Assembly (NCBI GenBank): GCA_963422395.1
Contig: OY729431.1
Location: 2,624,151-2,688,150, forward strand
From: Vicinamibacteria bacterium
GTDB taxonomy: Bacteria > Acidobacteriota > Vicinamibacteria > Marinacidobacterales > Marinacidobacteraceae
DNA length: 64,000 nt
Reading direction: 5' to 3'
The position numbers and the translations under genes were made by a program. Shown piece by piece: positions 17,838 to 26,513 of this stretch (its first letter is position 1; every line of letters starts with the position of its first letter). The notes under the pieces were generated by a model. It was not told where the DNA came from. It saw only the letters and a list, made by a program, of their open reading frames with translations, and searched no databases.

Positions 17838-18454
17838 TCCCCGAGGCGCCGGAGGCGAGCCGGCCGTACCGGATCCGGCAGTACCCGCTCGAGAGCGGTT
17901 CCCTCGAGATCCAGTTCCTCGAGGAATTCTTCGGCGAGTTCGAGCGGAAGAAGACCTCGACCGAGATCCGGCAGCGGCTCGAAGACCGGGAGCACGGCAT
18001 CTTCATGGTCGAGGCGCGGCTTCCCGAGGAGCCGACCCGCTTCGCGCCGGTGTCCTACCGGGTGGCGCACGAGCTCCGGGCCGGGGAAACCGACCCGAAG
18101 CTGGCGGATCTGGTGGAACGGCTGCGCGGGGTGGTGCGGTTTTCGGGACAACGGGTGCTCTACGCCTGGCTGGGCGGCACCCGGAGCGACTGGCGGGGGC
18201 AGGGGCATTTCCGGGCACTCCACGAATTCCAGGAGGAGTGGGCCGTCGAGAAGGGATTCCGCGAAATCGTGGCGAAGACCAAGAACCGGTTCTACGAAAT
18301 GCGCGGCACGCTCACGCACCTGAACTTCGATGTCATCCATTACGAGCCCCACCCCATCCACAACGGGGACTCCAAGGTGTACCTGTCGAAGCGCCTCGGA
18401 GGCAGCCCCAGCCGGCGGCGGCGCGCCTCGCTGCTCCGCTACCAGGAGGCCTGA
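17834..18454 (+). CDS. GNAT family N-acetyltransferase
   Basis: GTG 17834 overlaps the eno stop (GTGA). Motif A-like WRGQGHFRAL and the fold pattern LYAWLGGTRSD...IVAKTKNRFYEM. An alternative start is ATG 18006. Confidence 0.65.
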   Translation: MIPEAPEASRPYRIRQYPLESGSLEIQFLEEFFGEFERKKTSTEIRQRLEDREHGIFMVEARLPEEPTRFAPVSYRVAHELRAGETDPKLADLVERLRGVVRFSGQRVLYAWLGGTRSDWRGQGHFRALHEFQEEWAVEKGFREIVAKTKNRFYEMRGTLTHLNFDVIHYEPHPIHNGDSKVYLSKRLGGSPSRRRRASLLRYQEA

Positions 18455-18516
18455 CCGCGGACCTCGTTGCGGCCGGGCTGGGGTATCTTGGGCGGCCGTT
18501 GCGGGAGGATCCGAGC

Positions 18517-20607
18517 ATGACGAAAAGGAACCGGGCGAAGACGAGCCGGGCAACAGCAGACAGGTTCGTTGCGATAGCCATCGCGGGCTTGGCGATCCCT
18601 GCCCTCGCCGCCTCGGCAGCCGCCGAACTCACGCGGTTCGAGATCTTGGAGCGCTCCGAGGTGCTCGACGGCCGACCGTTCGGCCTCGCCGGCGCCTACG
18701 AGACTCTCGCGGGAGTCGCCCACTTCGCCTTCGATCCCGAAAATCCGGCGAACCGGATCATCGCCGACATCGACCTCGCCCCGAAGAACGCCGACGGTCG
18801 GGTGGAGATGTCCGCCCGATTCCAACTGCTGCGGCCGAAGGTCATGGAGAAGGGCCGGGGAACGCTGCTGCTCGAGGTGAACAACCGGGGGCGCAAGGGG
18901 CTGCTCCGCTACTTCAACCGGGGAGAGGGGAGTCTCGCGCCGAAGGCGGAGGAGCACTTCGGCGACGGTTTCCTGATGCGGCACGGGTTCACCCTCCTCT
19001 GGCTCGGCTGGCAGTGGGATGTTCCCGACGACGATCCGCTGCGGATGCGGATGTTTCCTCCGGTGGCGCGAAACCCCGACGGTTCCGCGATCACCGGGCT
19101 GGTGCGGGCCGACTTCGTGGTCCGGAGCGCGAGCGGCCATCACTCGCTGGCCGACCGCAACCACCGGCCCTACCGGGTCGCCGACCCCGACGACCCGTCG
19201 AACACGCTGACCGTGCGCCGCCGGGTCGAGGACCAGCGGGAGGTCGTCCCGCGGAGCGAATGGGGGTTCGGCCGGGTCGAGGACGGCGCGGTCCTCGCCG
19301 ACGACGGCTCGGTGTATCTGAAGGGCGGTTTCCAGCCCCACCGCATCTACGAGGTGGTGTACCGCTCGGAGAATCCGCCGCTCGTGGGGCTCGGCCCCGC
19401 CGGCATCCGCGATTTCGTGAGCCGGCTCCGTCACGACGGGGCCGAGCCGCTCGGCATCGCCGCCGGGGACCTGGACAACGCTCTCGGGTTCGGCATCTCT
19501 CAGAGCGGCCGTTTCCTCAGGACCTTTCTCTACTACGGATTCAACGGAGACGAGCGGGACCGCCGGGTCTTCGACGGGGTGATCTCGGATGTGGCAGGTG
19601 GCGGCCGCGGCAGCTTCAACCACCGGTTCGCGCAGGCTTCGCGGGACGCCCACCCCTATCTGAATCAGTTCCACCCGACGGACATCTTCCCCTTCACCGA
19701 GGTGGAGCAGACCGATCCGGACACCGGAACCACCGCGGGCCTGCTGAGCCGGCAGCGCGAGGCGTTCTACCCGCGGGTCTTCTACACGAACTCGTCCTAC
19801 GAGTACTGGGGCCGCGCCGCCAGCCTGATCCACACCACGGTGGACGCTCGCGAGGATGCCCGGATCCCCGACCATGTCCGCATCTACCTGTACTCCGGCA
19901 GCCAGCACGGCCCCGCCGGGTTCCCGCCCGGGATCACCCTCGGCCAGCAGCGGGCCAACCCCAACGACTTCAGATGGGGGCAGCGCGCGTTACTGCTGGC
20001 GATGGACCGCTGGGCGCGGGGCGGCGCGCCCCCGCCGCCGAGCCGGTATCCGAGCGTCGAGGCGGGCACCGCCGTCGCCGCGGCAGACCTCGGTTTCCCG
20101 TCGATTCCCGGAGTGCGCACCTCGGACCGGGTGCACTACGCCTACCGCGCCGACTACGGACCGGACTTCGCCACCGAGGGGATCGTCACGCAAGAGCCTC
20201 CGGTCATCGGACGGCGATTCCCGATCCGGGTGTCCTCGGTGGACGCCGACGGGAACGAGCTCGCCGGGGTGCGGATGCCCGAGGTCGCGGTTCCGCTCGC
20301 CACCTATACCGGCTGGAACCTCTTCGACGCCGCCTCCGGCCCGCCTGACGAACTGGCGAGCATGGTCGGCTCCTTCTTGCCGTTTCCGAAAGACGCCGCC
20401 GCCCGCGAGGCGTCGGGAGACCCGCGCCGATCGGTGGCCGAGCGCTATGCGAGCCGCGAGGACTACCTCGGCCGGTTCACCGAAGCCGCCCTGGACCTCA
20501 TCGAATCCGGCTACCTCCTCGGCGAGGATCTCCCCGCGCTGACCCGCCACGCGCTCGCCCTCTGGGACCAGGTGTTGGGCCCGGCGGAAACCGCCGATTC
20601 CCCCTGA
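18517..20607 (+). CDS. Secreted alpha/beta-hydrolase-like protein
   Basis: ATG 18517 after GGGAGGA. Signal peptide ...AIAGLAIPALAASAAAE. Nucleophile-elbow-like GISQSG. No closer assignment is possible by eye. Confidence 0.6.
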   Translation: MTKRNRAKTSRATADRFVAIAIAGLAIPALAASAAAELTRFEILERSEVLDGRPFGLAGAYETLAGVAHFAFDPENPANRIIADIDLAPKNADGRVEMSARFQLLRPKVMEKGRGTLLLEVNNRGRKGLLRYFNRGEGSLAPKAEEHFGDGFLMRHGFTLLWLGWQWDVPDDDPLRMRMFPPVARNPDGSAITGLVRADFVVRSASGHHSLADRNHRPYRVADPDDPSNTLTVRRRVEDQREVVPRSEWGFGRVEDGAVLADDGSVYLKGGFQPHRIYEVVYRSENPPLVGLGPAGIRDFVSRLRHDGAEPLGIAAGDLDNALGFGISQSGRFLRTFLYYGFNGDERDRRVFDGVISDVAGGGRGSFNHRFAQASRDAHPYLNQFHPTDIFPFTEVEQTDPDTGTTAGLLSRQREAFYPRVFYTNSSYEYWGRAASLIHTTVDAREDARIPDHVRIYLYSGSQHGPAGFPPGITLGQQRANPNDFRWGQRALLLAMDRWARGGAPPPPSRYPSVEAGTAVAAADLGFPSIPGVRTSDRVHYAYRADYGPDFATEGIVTQEPPVIGRRFPIRVSSVDADGNELAGVRMPEVAVPLATYTGWNLFDAASGPPDELASMVGSFLPFPKDAAAREASGDPRRSVAERYASREDYLGRFTEAALDLIESGYLLGEDLPALTRHALALWDQVLGPAETADSP

Positions 20608-20736
20608 GAGGGCCGGGACAGAGAAATGACCGACGGGCCGGCGGCGGCCCATAGCCGCCGAAGAAGACGGACCCCATGCTGACGAATCTCAGGTTGAAGA
20701 TTTTCAAATCGTGGCCGGATACCGGCGACATACAGC

Positions 20737-21726
20737 ATGCCTGAAATCCAATCGATCCTGCGCCTGGCAGCGGGCCTCGGCATTGCCGGCCTCGCTGCAT
20801 GCACCCCAACGCACGACGCAGGAGTCATCGTGGTTCGGCTCGGGCACATCGGGTTCCCCGGATCGCCGTTCGACCACGGAGCGCGGCATTTCGAGGAACT
20901 CGTGGAGTCGCGTTTTCCGGGCCGGATCGATATCCGGATCTTCGGCACCGCCCAGCTCGGCGAGGACAAGGAGATGCTCGAGGGACTGCGCCTGGGCACC
21001 CTCGAGATGCACCTCCCGTCCTCGGTGCTCCACTCGGTGGTGCCCGAATTCGGCCTCTTCGATCTGCCGTTCCTGATCCGCGACCGGGAGCACTTCGAGC
21101 GGATCGCGGCCAGCGGGATCGGCGAAAGCCTGCGGCAGACCCTCCGGGAAGAGCAGGGACTGACGCTCCTCGCCTTCTGGGAGAACGGTTTCCGGGTCAT
21201 CACGAACGATGTGCGCCCGGTGGTCACCCCGGCGGACCTCCGGGGTATCCGACTCCGGACTCCCAAGGACCCCGAACGGGTACGCCTGTTCGAGACGCTC
21301 GGAGCGAGCCCGGCATCCATGAGTTTCGGCGAGGTGTTCTCGGCGCTCCGGCAGGGGGTGGTGGACGGACAGGAGAATCCGCTCGCCCAGCTCACCGCGG
21401 CGCGCTTCCACGAGGTGCAGCGTTATCTCTCGCTCTCGAACCATGTGTACACCCCCTCCTATCCGGTGGTCCGCACCCGCTGGTTCGAGGCGCTGCCCGC
21501 CGACCTCCAAGCCGGGATCGGGGAAGCCGCGGAAGCGACGGGAAGCTGGCTGCGGGAGTTCCTGCGGGAGGAAGATGCCCGCCTGCTCGCCGAACTCCAG
21601 GGGCAGCTCGCGGTGAACGAGGTGGACCGGGCGGCCTTCGCCGCCGCCGCGGTGCCGGTCTTCGACCACTACGAGGCGCGCTTCGGCGCCGACTGGATCG
21701 AAACCGTCCGGGAACTCGAACGCTGA
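20737..21726 (+). CDS. dctP: TRAP transporter substrate-binding protein (DctP family), lipoprotein
   Basis: LAAGLGIAGLAAC lipobox. DctP-like LGEDKEMLEGLRLGTLEM, FDLPFLIRD, ENGFRVITN. Followed by DctQ and DctM genes. Confidence 0.88.
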   Translation: MPEIQSILRLAAGLGIAGLAACTPTHDAGVIVVRLGHIGFPGSPFDHGARHFEELVESRFPGRIDIRIFGTAQLGEDKEMLEGLRLGTLEMHLPSSVLHSVVPEFGLFDLPFLIRDREHFERIAASGIGESLRQTLREEQGLTLLAFWENGFRVITNDVRPVVTPADLRGIRLRTPKDPERVRLFETLGASPASMSFGEVFSALRQGVVDGQENPLAQLTAARFHEVQRYLSLSNHVYTPSYPVVRTRWFEALPADLQAGIGEAAEATGSWLREFLREEDARLLAELQGQLAVNEVDRAAFAAAAVPVFDHYEARFGADWIETVRELER

Positions 21727-22271
21727 GCCCGCCGCCGGAACGCCGTAACCTGTCGGCAGACCCGCACCTGTCCCACCCCCCGGAACCCCCGCCGCGCCGA
21801 GATCTGCTCGCCGCGGCCTGTTCACTGCTCCTCGGCGGGATCGCCGCGCTCTGCCTCGTCGAGGTCGCGCTCCGCTACGGATTCGGCGGCGGGCTCGGCT
21901 TCTACGACGAGCTCGCGGGCTTCTCGCTGGTCTGGCTGACCTTCCTGGGCGCGGTGCTGGCACGGCGGGACCGCGCCCACATCGGCATCCGCGACTTCAC
22001 GCGCAGACTCGGCCCGCGGGCGCAGCGCCGGGCTCAGATCTTCGAACACGCCGTGCTGCTGGGCCTCCACCTGCTCCTCGCCTGGTTCGGCGCGGTGTTG
22101 GTACTGCGCTTCGCGGGCGAACGGGCGATCACCATGGCGGCGCCGATGGGCCTCTTCTATTTCGTGCTGCCGCTCTTCGCGGTCATGACGGCGCTTCTCG
22201 AAGCACGCCGCCTGCTCGCCGCGTTCCGCGGTTCCGGAAAAACCGAAGTCCCCCCGATGGGGGTCTCCTGA
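21723..22271 (+). CDS. dctQ: TRAP transporter small permease (DctQ family); start codon uncertain
   Basis: LLGGIAALCLVEVALRYGFGGGLGFYDELAGFSLVWLTFLGAVLARRDRAHIGI is DctQ-like. There is no in-frame ATG/GTG/TTG before TM1. In-frame CTGs lie at 21723 (overlaps the dctP stop as CTGA), 21750, 21768 and 21804. Confidence 0.7.
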   Translation: MSPPPERRNLSADPHLSHPPEPPPRRDLLAAACSLLLGGIAALCLVEVALRYGFGGGLGFYDELAGFSLVWLTFLGAVLARRDRAHIGIRDFTRRLGPRAQRRAQIFEHAVLLGLHLLLAWFGAVLVLRFAGERAITMAAPMGLFYFVLPLFAVMTALLEARRLLAAFRGSGKTEVPPMGVS

Positions 22272-22284
22272 CGGAAATCCTCCG

Positions 22285-23577
22285 ATGGAAATCCTGGTCG
22301 CGCTGATCGCGGCGGCGGGGCTCCTGCTCGTCGGGATCCCCATCGGCTATGTGCTGATCGCGGCGTCGGTGGCCGCCATCTGGCTCACCACCGACACCCC
22401 GCTGGTGGTCGTTCCGCTCCGCCTCTTCAACGGAACCGACTCCTTCCCGCTGGTCGCCATCCCGCTCTTCATCCTCGCCGGCTCGCTGATGAACCACGCC
22501 GGGATCTCCCGTCGGCTCACCGACTTCGCCGCCTCGATCGTGGGTTGGATGCGCGGCGGGCTGGCCATGACCACCACCGCCTCCAGCATGCTCTTCTCGG
22601 AGATGTCGGGCTCGGCGGTCGCCGATGCCGCCGCTCTCGGCAGCGTGCTGATTCCCGCGATGAAGGACCGCGGCTATCCGGCGCCTTTCGCCGCTGCGGT
22701 GCTCTCCTCCTCGGCGACGATCGCCATCCTCATCCCGCCTTCGATCCCGATGATCCTCTACGGGGCGGTGACCGGCGCCTCCATCGCCCGGCTGTTCCTC
22801 GCCGGAGTCGTCCCGGGGCTCCTCGCGGGCGTCCTCATCATGGCGGTCAGCCGGGCGCTCGCCCGGCGCGGCGGATTCGGCGATTCGGAGCCTTTCCGCT
22901 GGACGCAGGCGGCGGCGGCCTCCCGGAGGGCGGCATGGCCGCTCCTGATTCCGGCAGTGATCCTGGGCGGCATCTTCCTCGGCTGGTTCACTGCGACCGA
23001 AGCGGCGGCGGTGGCGGTTCTGCTCGCGCTCCTCATGGGGACCGCCGGCTACCGCAGCGTCGGACTCGAGCAGGTGCGCGGCGCCTTCACCGAATCCGCC
23101 CGCCAGACCGCAGTGGTCATGCTGCTCGTCGCCGGGTCTGCCATCCTCGGCTGGTATCTGGCAAACCAGCAGGCACCCGAGCGGCTCGCCGCCTTCGTCC
23201 TCTCGCGAGCCGACTCCCCCTGGATGGTGGCGATCGTTCTCGACGGCCTGCTGCTGCTCGCGGGAACGATCCTCCACAGCGCCGCCGCGGTGGTGCTGCT
23301 CGTTCCCATCCTGCTGCCGCTGGCCGAGTCCGCCGGCATCGGCCCGGTCCACTTCGGGATGATGGTCACGGTGAGCCTCGCAGTCGGGCAGCAGACCCCG
23401 CCGGTCGCCTCGGTCCTCATCACCACCTGCTCCATCGCCAAGACCGGAATCTCGGAGGTGATGCGGTTCAATGTGTTCTTCATCGCGGCGCTGCTCGTCG
23501 TGCTGGCGATCGTGACCTGCTGGCCCGAGGTGAGCCTGCTGCTGCCCGACCTGCTGCTCGGCGGCCCCGGAAACTGA
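22285..23577 (+). CDS. dctM: TRAP transporter large permease (DctM family)
   Basis: 430 aa polytopic protein. DctM-like PLFILAGSLMNHAGISRRL, ...SGSAVADAAALGSVLIPAM. Confidence 0.92.
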   Translation: MEILVALIAAAGLLLVGIPIGYVLIAASVAAIWLTTDTPLVVVPLRLFNGTDSFPLVAIPLFILAGSLMNHAGISRRLTDFAASIVGWMRGGLAMTTTASSMLFSEMSGSAVADAAALGSVLIPAMKDRGYPAPFAAAVLSSSATIAILIPPSIPMILYGAVTGASIARLFLAGVVPGLLAGVLIMAVSRALARRGGFGDSEPFRWTQAAAASRRAAWPLLIPAVILGGIFLGWFTATEAAAVAVLLALLMGTAGYRSVGLEQVRGAFTESARQTAVVMLLVAGSAILGWYLANQQAPERLAAFVLSRADSPWMVAIVLDGLLLLAGTILHSAAAVVLLVPILLPLAESAGIGPVHFGMMVTVSLAVGQQTPPVASVLITTCSIAKTGISEVMRFNVFFIAALLVVLAIVTCWPEVSLLLPDLLLGGPGN

Positions 23578-23599
23578 GCCGCCCCGACTCGACGACCGG

Positions 23600-23626
23600 G
23601 TGACTTCGGGAACAGGCTGCTAGAAT
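23600..23626 (+). promoter_or_regulatory. Candidate sigma70-type promoter for tRNA-Ala/tRNA-Sec
   Basis: TAGAAT at 23621-23626. Weak -35 GTGACT at 23600-23605 with a suboptimal 15-nt spacer. Lies 60 nt upstream of tRNA-Ala. Confidence 0.3.
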
Positions 23627-23685
23627 CGGCGAGGTTTCTCCGGTAGCAGCATCGGCGAAGAGTCGGAGGGAGCGAGGTCCGGATT

Positions 23686-23758
23686 GGGGCTGTGGCGCAA
23701 CTGGGAGCGCGCGTGAATGGCATTCACGAGGTCACGGGTTCGATCCCCGTCAGCTCCA
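23686..23758 (+). tRNA. tRNA-Ala (anticodon GGC)
   Basis: GGGGCTGTGGCGCAACTGGGAGCGCGCGTGAATGGCATTCACGAGGTCACGGGTTCGATCCCCGTCAGCTCCA. The G3:U70 identity pair is present. Anticodon loop ATGGCAT. Confidence 0.93.
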
Positions 23759-23847
23759 CCGGATGCCTTCCGGCGGCGAACCGGCCCGAAATCCCGAGGG
23801 CCCAGGCCGTGGGGGTCAGAACCGCGGGGGTCGAAACCGCGAGCAAG

Positions 23848-23942
23848 GGAAGCGCATGGGGTCTGGCGGCCTCCGCGGACTTCAAATCCGTTGATTCCGG
23901 GTTAGCCCCCGGGATGGTGGGTTCGATTCCCACACGCTTCCG
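23848..23942 (+). tRNA. selC: tRNA-Sec (selenocysteine, anticodon UCA)
   Basis: GGAAGCGCATGGGGTCTGGCGGCCTCCGCGGACTTCAAATCCGTTGATTCCGGGTTAGCCCCCGGGATGGTGGGTTCGATTCCCACACGCTTCCG. GGACTTCAAATCC anticodon arm, extended acceptor, long variable arm. Close in layout to E. coli selC (GGAAGATCG...GGACTTCAAATCC...GATCTTCCG). Confidence 0.85.
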
Positions 23943-23999
23943 CCGGGGGACTGCGGGCAGGGCGGTGCACACGGCGTCCCGACCCGAACTCCGACCGGT

Positions 24000-26513
24000 G
24001 TGACTCCCGAAATGGACTCCGATCCGAACGCCGGCCGGAGCCCGAAGAAACTACCGCCCGGAGAGACTTCCCTCACCGCTCCCGAGCGCCGCTCCGCCAT
24101 TCGCTCGCTGGTCGCCGAGCTCGGCGGGGGCGCCCTGTTCTCCGGGATCACCGCGCTGCGCCACTTTTCCGCCCAGCCCGCGGAATACCGCGACTTCCCC
24201 GAACACATCGCGGCGCCGCTCCGCGAAGCGTACCGAGAAAAGGGCGTGGAACAGCTCTACTCGCACCAGCGCGAGGTGCTCGACCGGGTGGAGGACGGAG
24301 AGGATGTCGCGGTGGTCACTCCGACCGCCTCGGGGAAGACCCTCGCCTACAACGCGCCGGTCCTGAACCGGATCCTTCGGGAGCCGGACGCCCGGGCGCT
24401 CTATCTCTTTCCCACGAAGGCACTGTCGCGCGACCAGCGGAAGGAACTCCTCGAGCTGAAGGACCTGCTCGGCGAGGACATCCGCGCCGAGGTCTATGAC
24501 GGGGACACGCCGGCCGATGCCCGGCGCAGCCTGCGGGCGCGCGCGCACATCGTGATCACGAACCCGGACATGCTCCACGCGGGCATCCTGCCCCACCACA
24601 CGAAGTGGGCCAAGCTGTTCGAGAACCTCCGCCTGATCGTCATCGACGAGATGCACACCTACCGGGGCGTGTTCGGAAGCCACCTCGCCAACCTGCTGCG
24701 CCGGCTTCGCCGGATCACCCGGTACTACGGCGCCGAGCCGCAGTTCCTCCTGAGTTCGGCCACCATCGCGAATCCGGGCGAGCTCGCCGAACGGCTGACC
24801 GAGCGGCGGGTCTCGCTCGTAACGCGGAGCGGCGCGCCGCGGCCGGAGCGGTTCTTCGTCTTCTACAACCCGCCGGTGGTGAACGCCGAGCTCGGCATCC
24901 GCCGTTCCGCCCTCGAGGAAGCGCGGCGCATCGCCCGCGGCTTCCTGAAGGGGAACCTGCAGACGATCGTCTTCGCCCGCTCGCGCAGCCACACCGAGAT
25001 CCTCGTCAAATACCTGAAACGCGATCTCGAGACCCGGCCCGACCGGAGCGGCCTCATCCGCGGCTACCGCGGCGGCTATCTGCCGAAGAAGCGGCGCGAG
25101 ATCGAGGACGGGATCAAGCGGGGCAGCGTCTTGGGAGTGGTCTCTACGAACGCGCTGGAGCTCGGTATCGACATCGGCGGACTCGATGTGGCGGTGATCG
25201 CCGGCTATCCGGGGACGATCGCCTCGACCTGGCAGCAGGCGGGACGGGCGGGCCGCCGGGGCGGGACGGCGGCCGCAGTGCTCGTCGCGGGGTCCGCTCC
25301 CATCGACCAGTTCGTAATCCAGCACCCCGACTACTTCTTCGAAGGGAGCCCGGAACGCGGCCTCATCGATCCGGACAACTTGTCGATCTTGCTGGAACAC
25401 CTGAAGTGCGCGGCGTTCGAGCTGCCCTTCCAGAAGGGCGAGACTTTCGGCAAGGAGGATCTCGAAGGGTTGCTCGAGGTGCTCGAGGAAGAGGAGATCC
25501 TCTATCGGTCCGGTGAGCGCTGGTTCTGGACTGCGGACTCCTATCCGGCGAACAGCGTGAGCCTCCGCTCCATCAGCTCCGACAACTTCGTGGTCCACGA
25601 CCGGGAGAGCGGCCGGATCATCGGAGAAGTGGATTTCGTGAGCGCCCATTCGACACTGCACGAAAAGGCGATCTACCTGGTGGAGAGCGAGACCTGGTTC
25701 GTCGAACGTCTCGACCATCAGGGGCGCCGCGCCGAAGTGCGGAAGATCGAGAGCGACTACTACACCGATGCCGTAACCCACACCCGGGTGAGCGTCCTCG
25801 ACCGCTTCGCCGCCTCCTCCGAATCGGCCGCCCCCGCCGCGCACGGCGAGGTGCATGTGCTGCAACAGGTGGTGGGCTTCAAGAAGATCCGATTCTTCAC
25901 GGGGGAGATCGTCGGCTCCGGAGAGCTCGACCTGCCGGCCGTGGAGATGCACACCACCGCGTTCTGGCTGGAGGCGCCAATCGAGGTGCTGCACGCCATC
26001 CCCTTCGGCCCCGAGGACCGGCGTGACGGCGTGCAGGGAATCCGAAGCGCCCTGCGCGCGGTCGCGGCGACCTTCCTCATGTGCGAGCCCGGAGACCTCG
26101 GCGCCGCCATCGGGAGCCGGGCGGACGAGGACCTCGCTGCCGACGATCCTCCAGAAGGAGCCGGCGGGTTGCTCGGGACGCCGCAGATCTTCATCTACGA
26201 CGACTATCCGGGCGGCATCGGCTTTTCGGAACCGCTCTACGAGTCTCGCGCAGCGCTGCTGCGGGAGACACTGGGTCTCATCGAACGCTGCCCGTGCCAG
26301 GCCGGCTGCCCGTCGTGCGTCGGGCCGGTCGGAGAAGTGGGGCGGAACGGGAAGCGGGCGGCAGTGGCGATCCTGCGGGGCCTTCGAAACCAGCAGTCAG
26401 CGGGCAACGAGGTCGAGCCGGCCGAAGAACTTCCGGCTGGCGAAGCGGCGGCTCGGGGGATCGCCGCAGCCGGGAAGGGATCCGCCCCTGCCGCAGATCC
26501 CGCTGCCCCGTGA
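24000..26513 (+). CDS. mrfA: DEXH-box helicase with C-terminal DUF1998/MZB zinc domain (MrfA/YprA-like)
   Basis: Motif I TPTASGKT, motif II VIDEMH, later helicase motifs (SSAT, TNALELGIDIG, QQAGRAGRR). C-terminal CPCQAGCPSCVG cysteine cluster. Start is GTG 24000 or ATG 24012. Confidence 0.85.
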   Translation: MTPEMDSDPNAGRSPKKLPPGETSLTAPERRSAIRSLVAELGGGALFSGITALRHFSAQPAEYRDFPEHIAAPLREAYREKGVEQLYSHQREVLDRVEDGEDVAVVTPTASGKTLAYNAPVLNRILREPDARALYLFPTKALSRDQRKELLELKDLLGEDIRAEVYDGDTPADARRSLRARAHIVITNPDMLHAGILPHHTKWAKLFENLRLIVIDEMHTYRGVFGSHLANLLRRLRRITRYYGAEPQFLLSSATIANPGELAERLTERRVSLVTRSGAPRPERFFVFYNPPVVNAELGIRRSALEEARRIARGFLKGNLQTIVFARSRSHTEILVKYLKRDLETRPDRSGLIRGYRGGYLPKKRREIEDGIKRGSVLGVVSTNALELGIDIGGLDVAVIAGYPGTIASTWQQAGRAGRRGGTAAAVLVAGSAPIDQFVIQHPDYFFEGSPERGLIDPDNLSILLEHLKCAAFELPFQKGETFGKEDLEGLLEVLEEEEILYRSGERWFWTADSYPANSVSLRSISSDNFVVHDRESGRIIGEVDFVSAHSTLHEKAIYLVESETWFVERLDHQGRRAEVRKIESDYYTDAVTHTRVSVLDRFAASSESAAPAAHGEVHVLQQVVGFKKIRFFTGEIVGSGELDLPAVEMHTTAFWLEAPIEVLHAIPFGPEDRRDGVQGIRSALRAVAATFLMCEPGDLGAAIGSRADEDLAADDPPEGAGGLLGTPQIFIYDDYPGGIGFSEPLYESRAALLRETLGLIERCPCQAGCPSCVGPVGEVGRNGKRAAVAILRGLRNQQSAGNEVEPAEELPAGEAAARGIAAAGKGSAPAADPAAP

